A stretch of DNA of 64,000 nt from Camelus dromedarius (Eukaryota): the NCBI RefSeq assembly GCF_036321535.1, contig NC_087469.1, positions 13,454,001-13,518,000 of the forward strand, given 5' to 3'. Made by a program: the position numbers and the translations under genes. The notes under the pieces were generated by a model. That model had not been told where the DNA came from and did not search any database. It saw nothing but the letters and a program-made list of their open reading frames with translations. How positions within the stretch are numbered: the first letter of the stretch is position 1; each line of letters opens with the position of its first letter. Below, in pieces: positions 63,601 to 64,000 of the stretch.

Positions 63601-64000
63601 CAACTTACAGCAGAATTCTTAAGCTTGTATGATTAAGGTATAAGGTCTTTCAATCCTGTGAAATTAACTCAGTTGCTGATAGCTTCCTTTTTGCTTTCCC
63701 GAGGGTGGTGTTTCATGCTCAAGCTTGTCATTTCTCCCAGGCCTGCACAGTTGGGCCAGAATTTGACCTGGTCTTACAATTTGTCAAAATTTGATTTGGT
63801 CTTATAATTAGTCAAAGACAAGGGGAACACAGGGTATGTCCCACTGCTCCTCTTCATGAAAATGTACCACATCACCATTTGTGTGTGTAGGTGTACATTA
63901 TGTTTTATTGCTAACACCAAAATATGTAGAGTCACACTTCAGGAGATATCTTATTCAGCAAGATGTGGGAGGATGCAGACAGGAGGCTCCGAGGGCCTTG

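Noticed and set aside
1-64000. CRISPR arrays, rRNA/tRNA genes, prokaryotic defence or operon-like systems
   Set aside because: No regularly spaced repeats or structured RNA genes were seen; the sequence is a mammalian OR cluster.

Overview
This window is mammalian genomic DNA from a class II olfactory receptor (OR family 8) cluster; nothing here is prokaryotic. The host is probably a camelid-like artiodactyl, inferred from the young L1 3' ends and the absence of Alu, Bov, PRE or Can SINEs. It holds six apparently intact single-exon OR CDSs on the minus strand: two OR8B-like, one OR8C-like, two OR8B2/3-like and one OR8D2-like. A seventh, window-truncated and somewhat degenerate OR8B-like CDS lies on the plus strand. 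The intergenic DNA contains L1 fragments of several ages, MIR/L2, MaLR and LTR16-like LTRs, a Tigger MITE and a young solo LTR. The main hidden structure is a multi-gene cassette present twice in the same order (about 1.4-33.4 kb and 44.4-61.5 kb). Its matching parts range from about 75% to about 99.5% identity, pointing to an old duplication patched by repeated gene conversion. One conversion boundary falls inside the OR8B3-like CDS, leaving two receptors almost identical in TM1-TM5 but different at 10 residues in TM6 to the C-terminus. The six N runs behave like base-for-base masking of L1 ORF2, not assembly gaps. All identities are hand counts, and repeat-family and ortholog names are from memory, not from searches.
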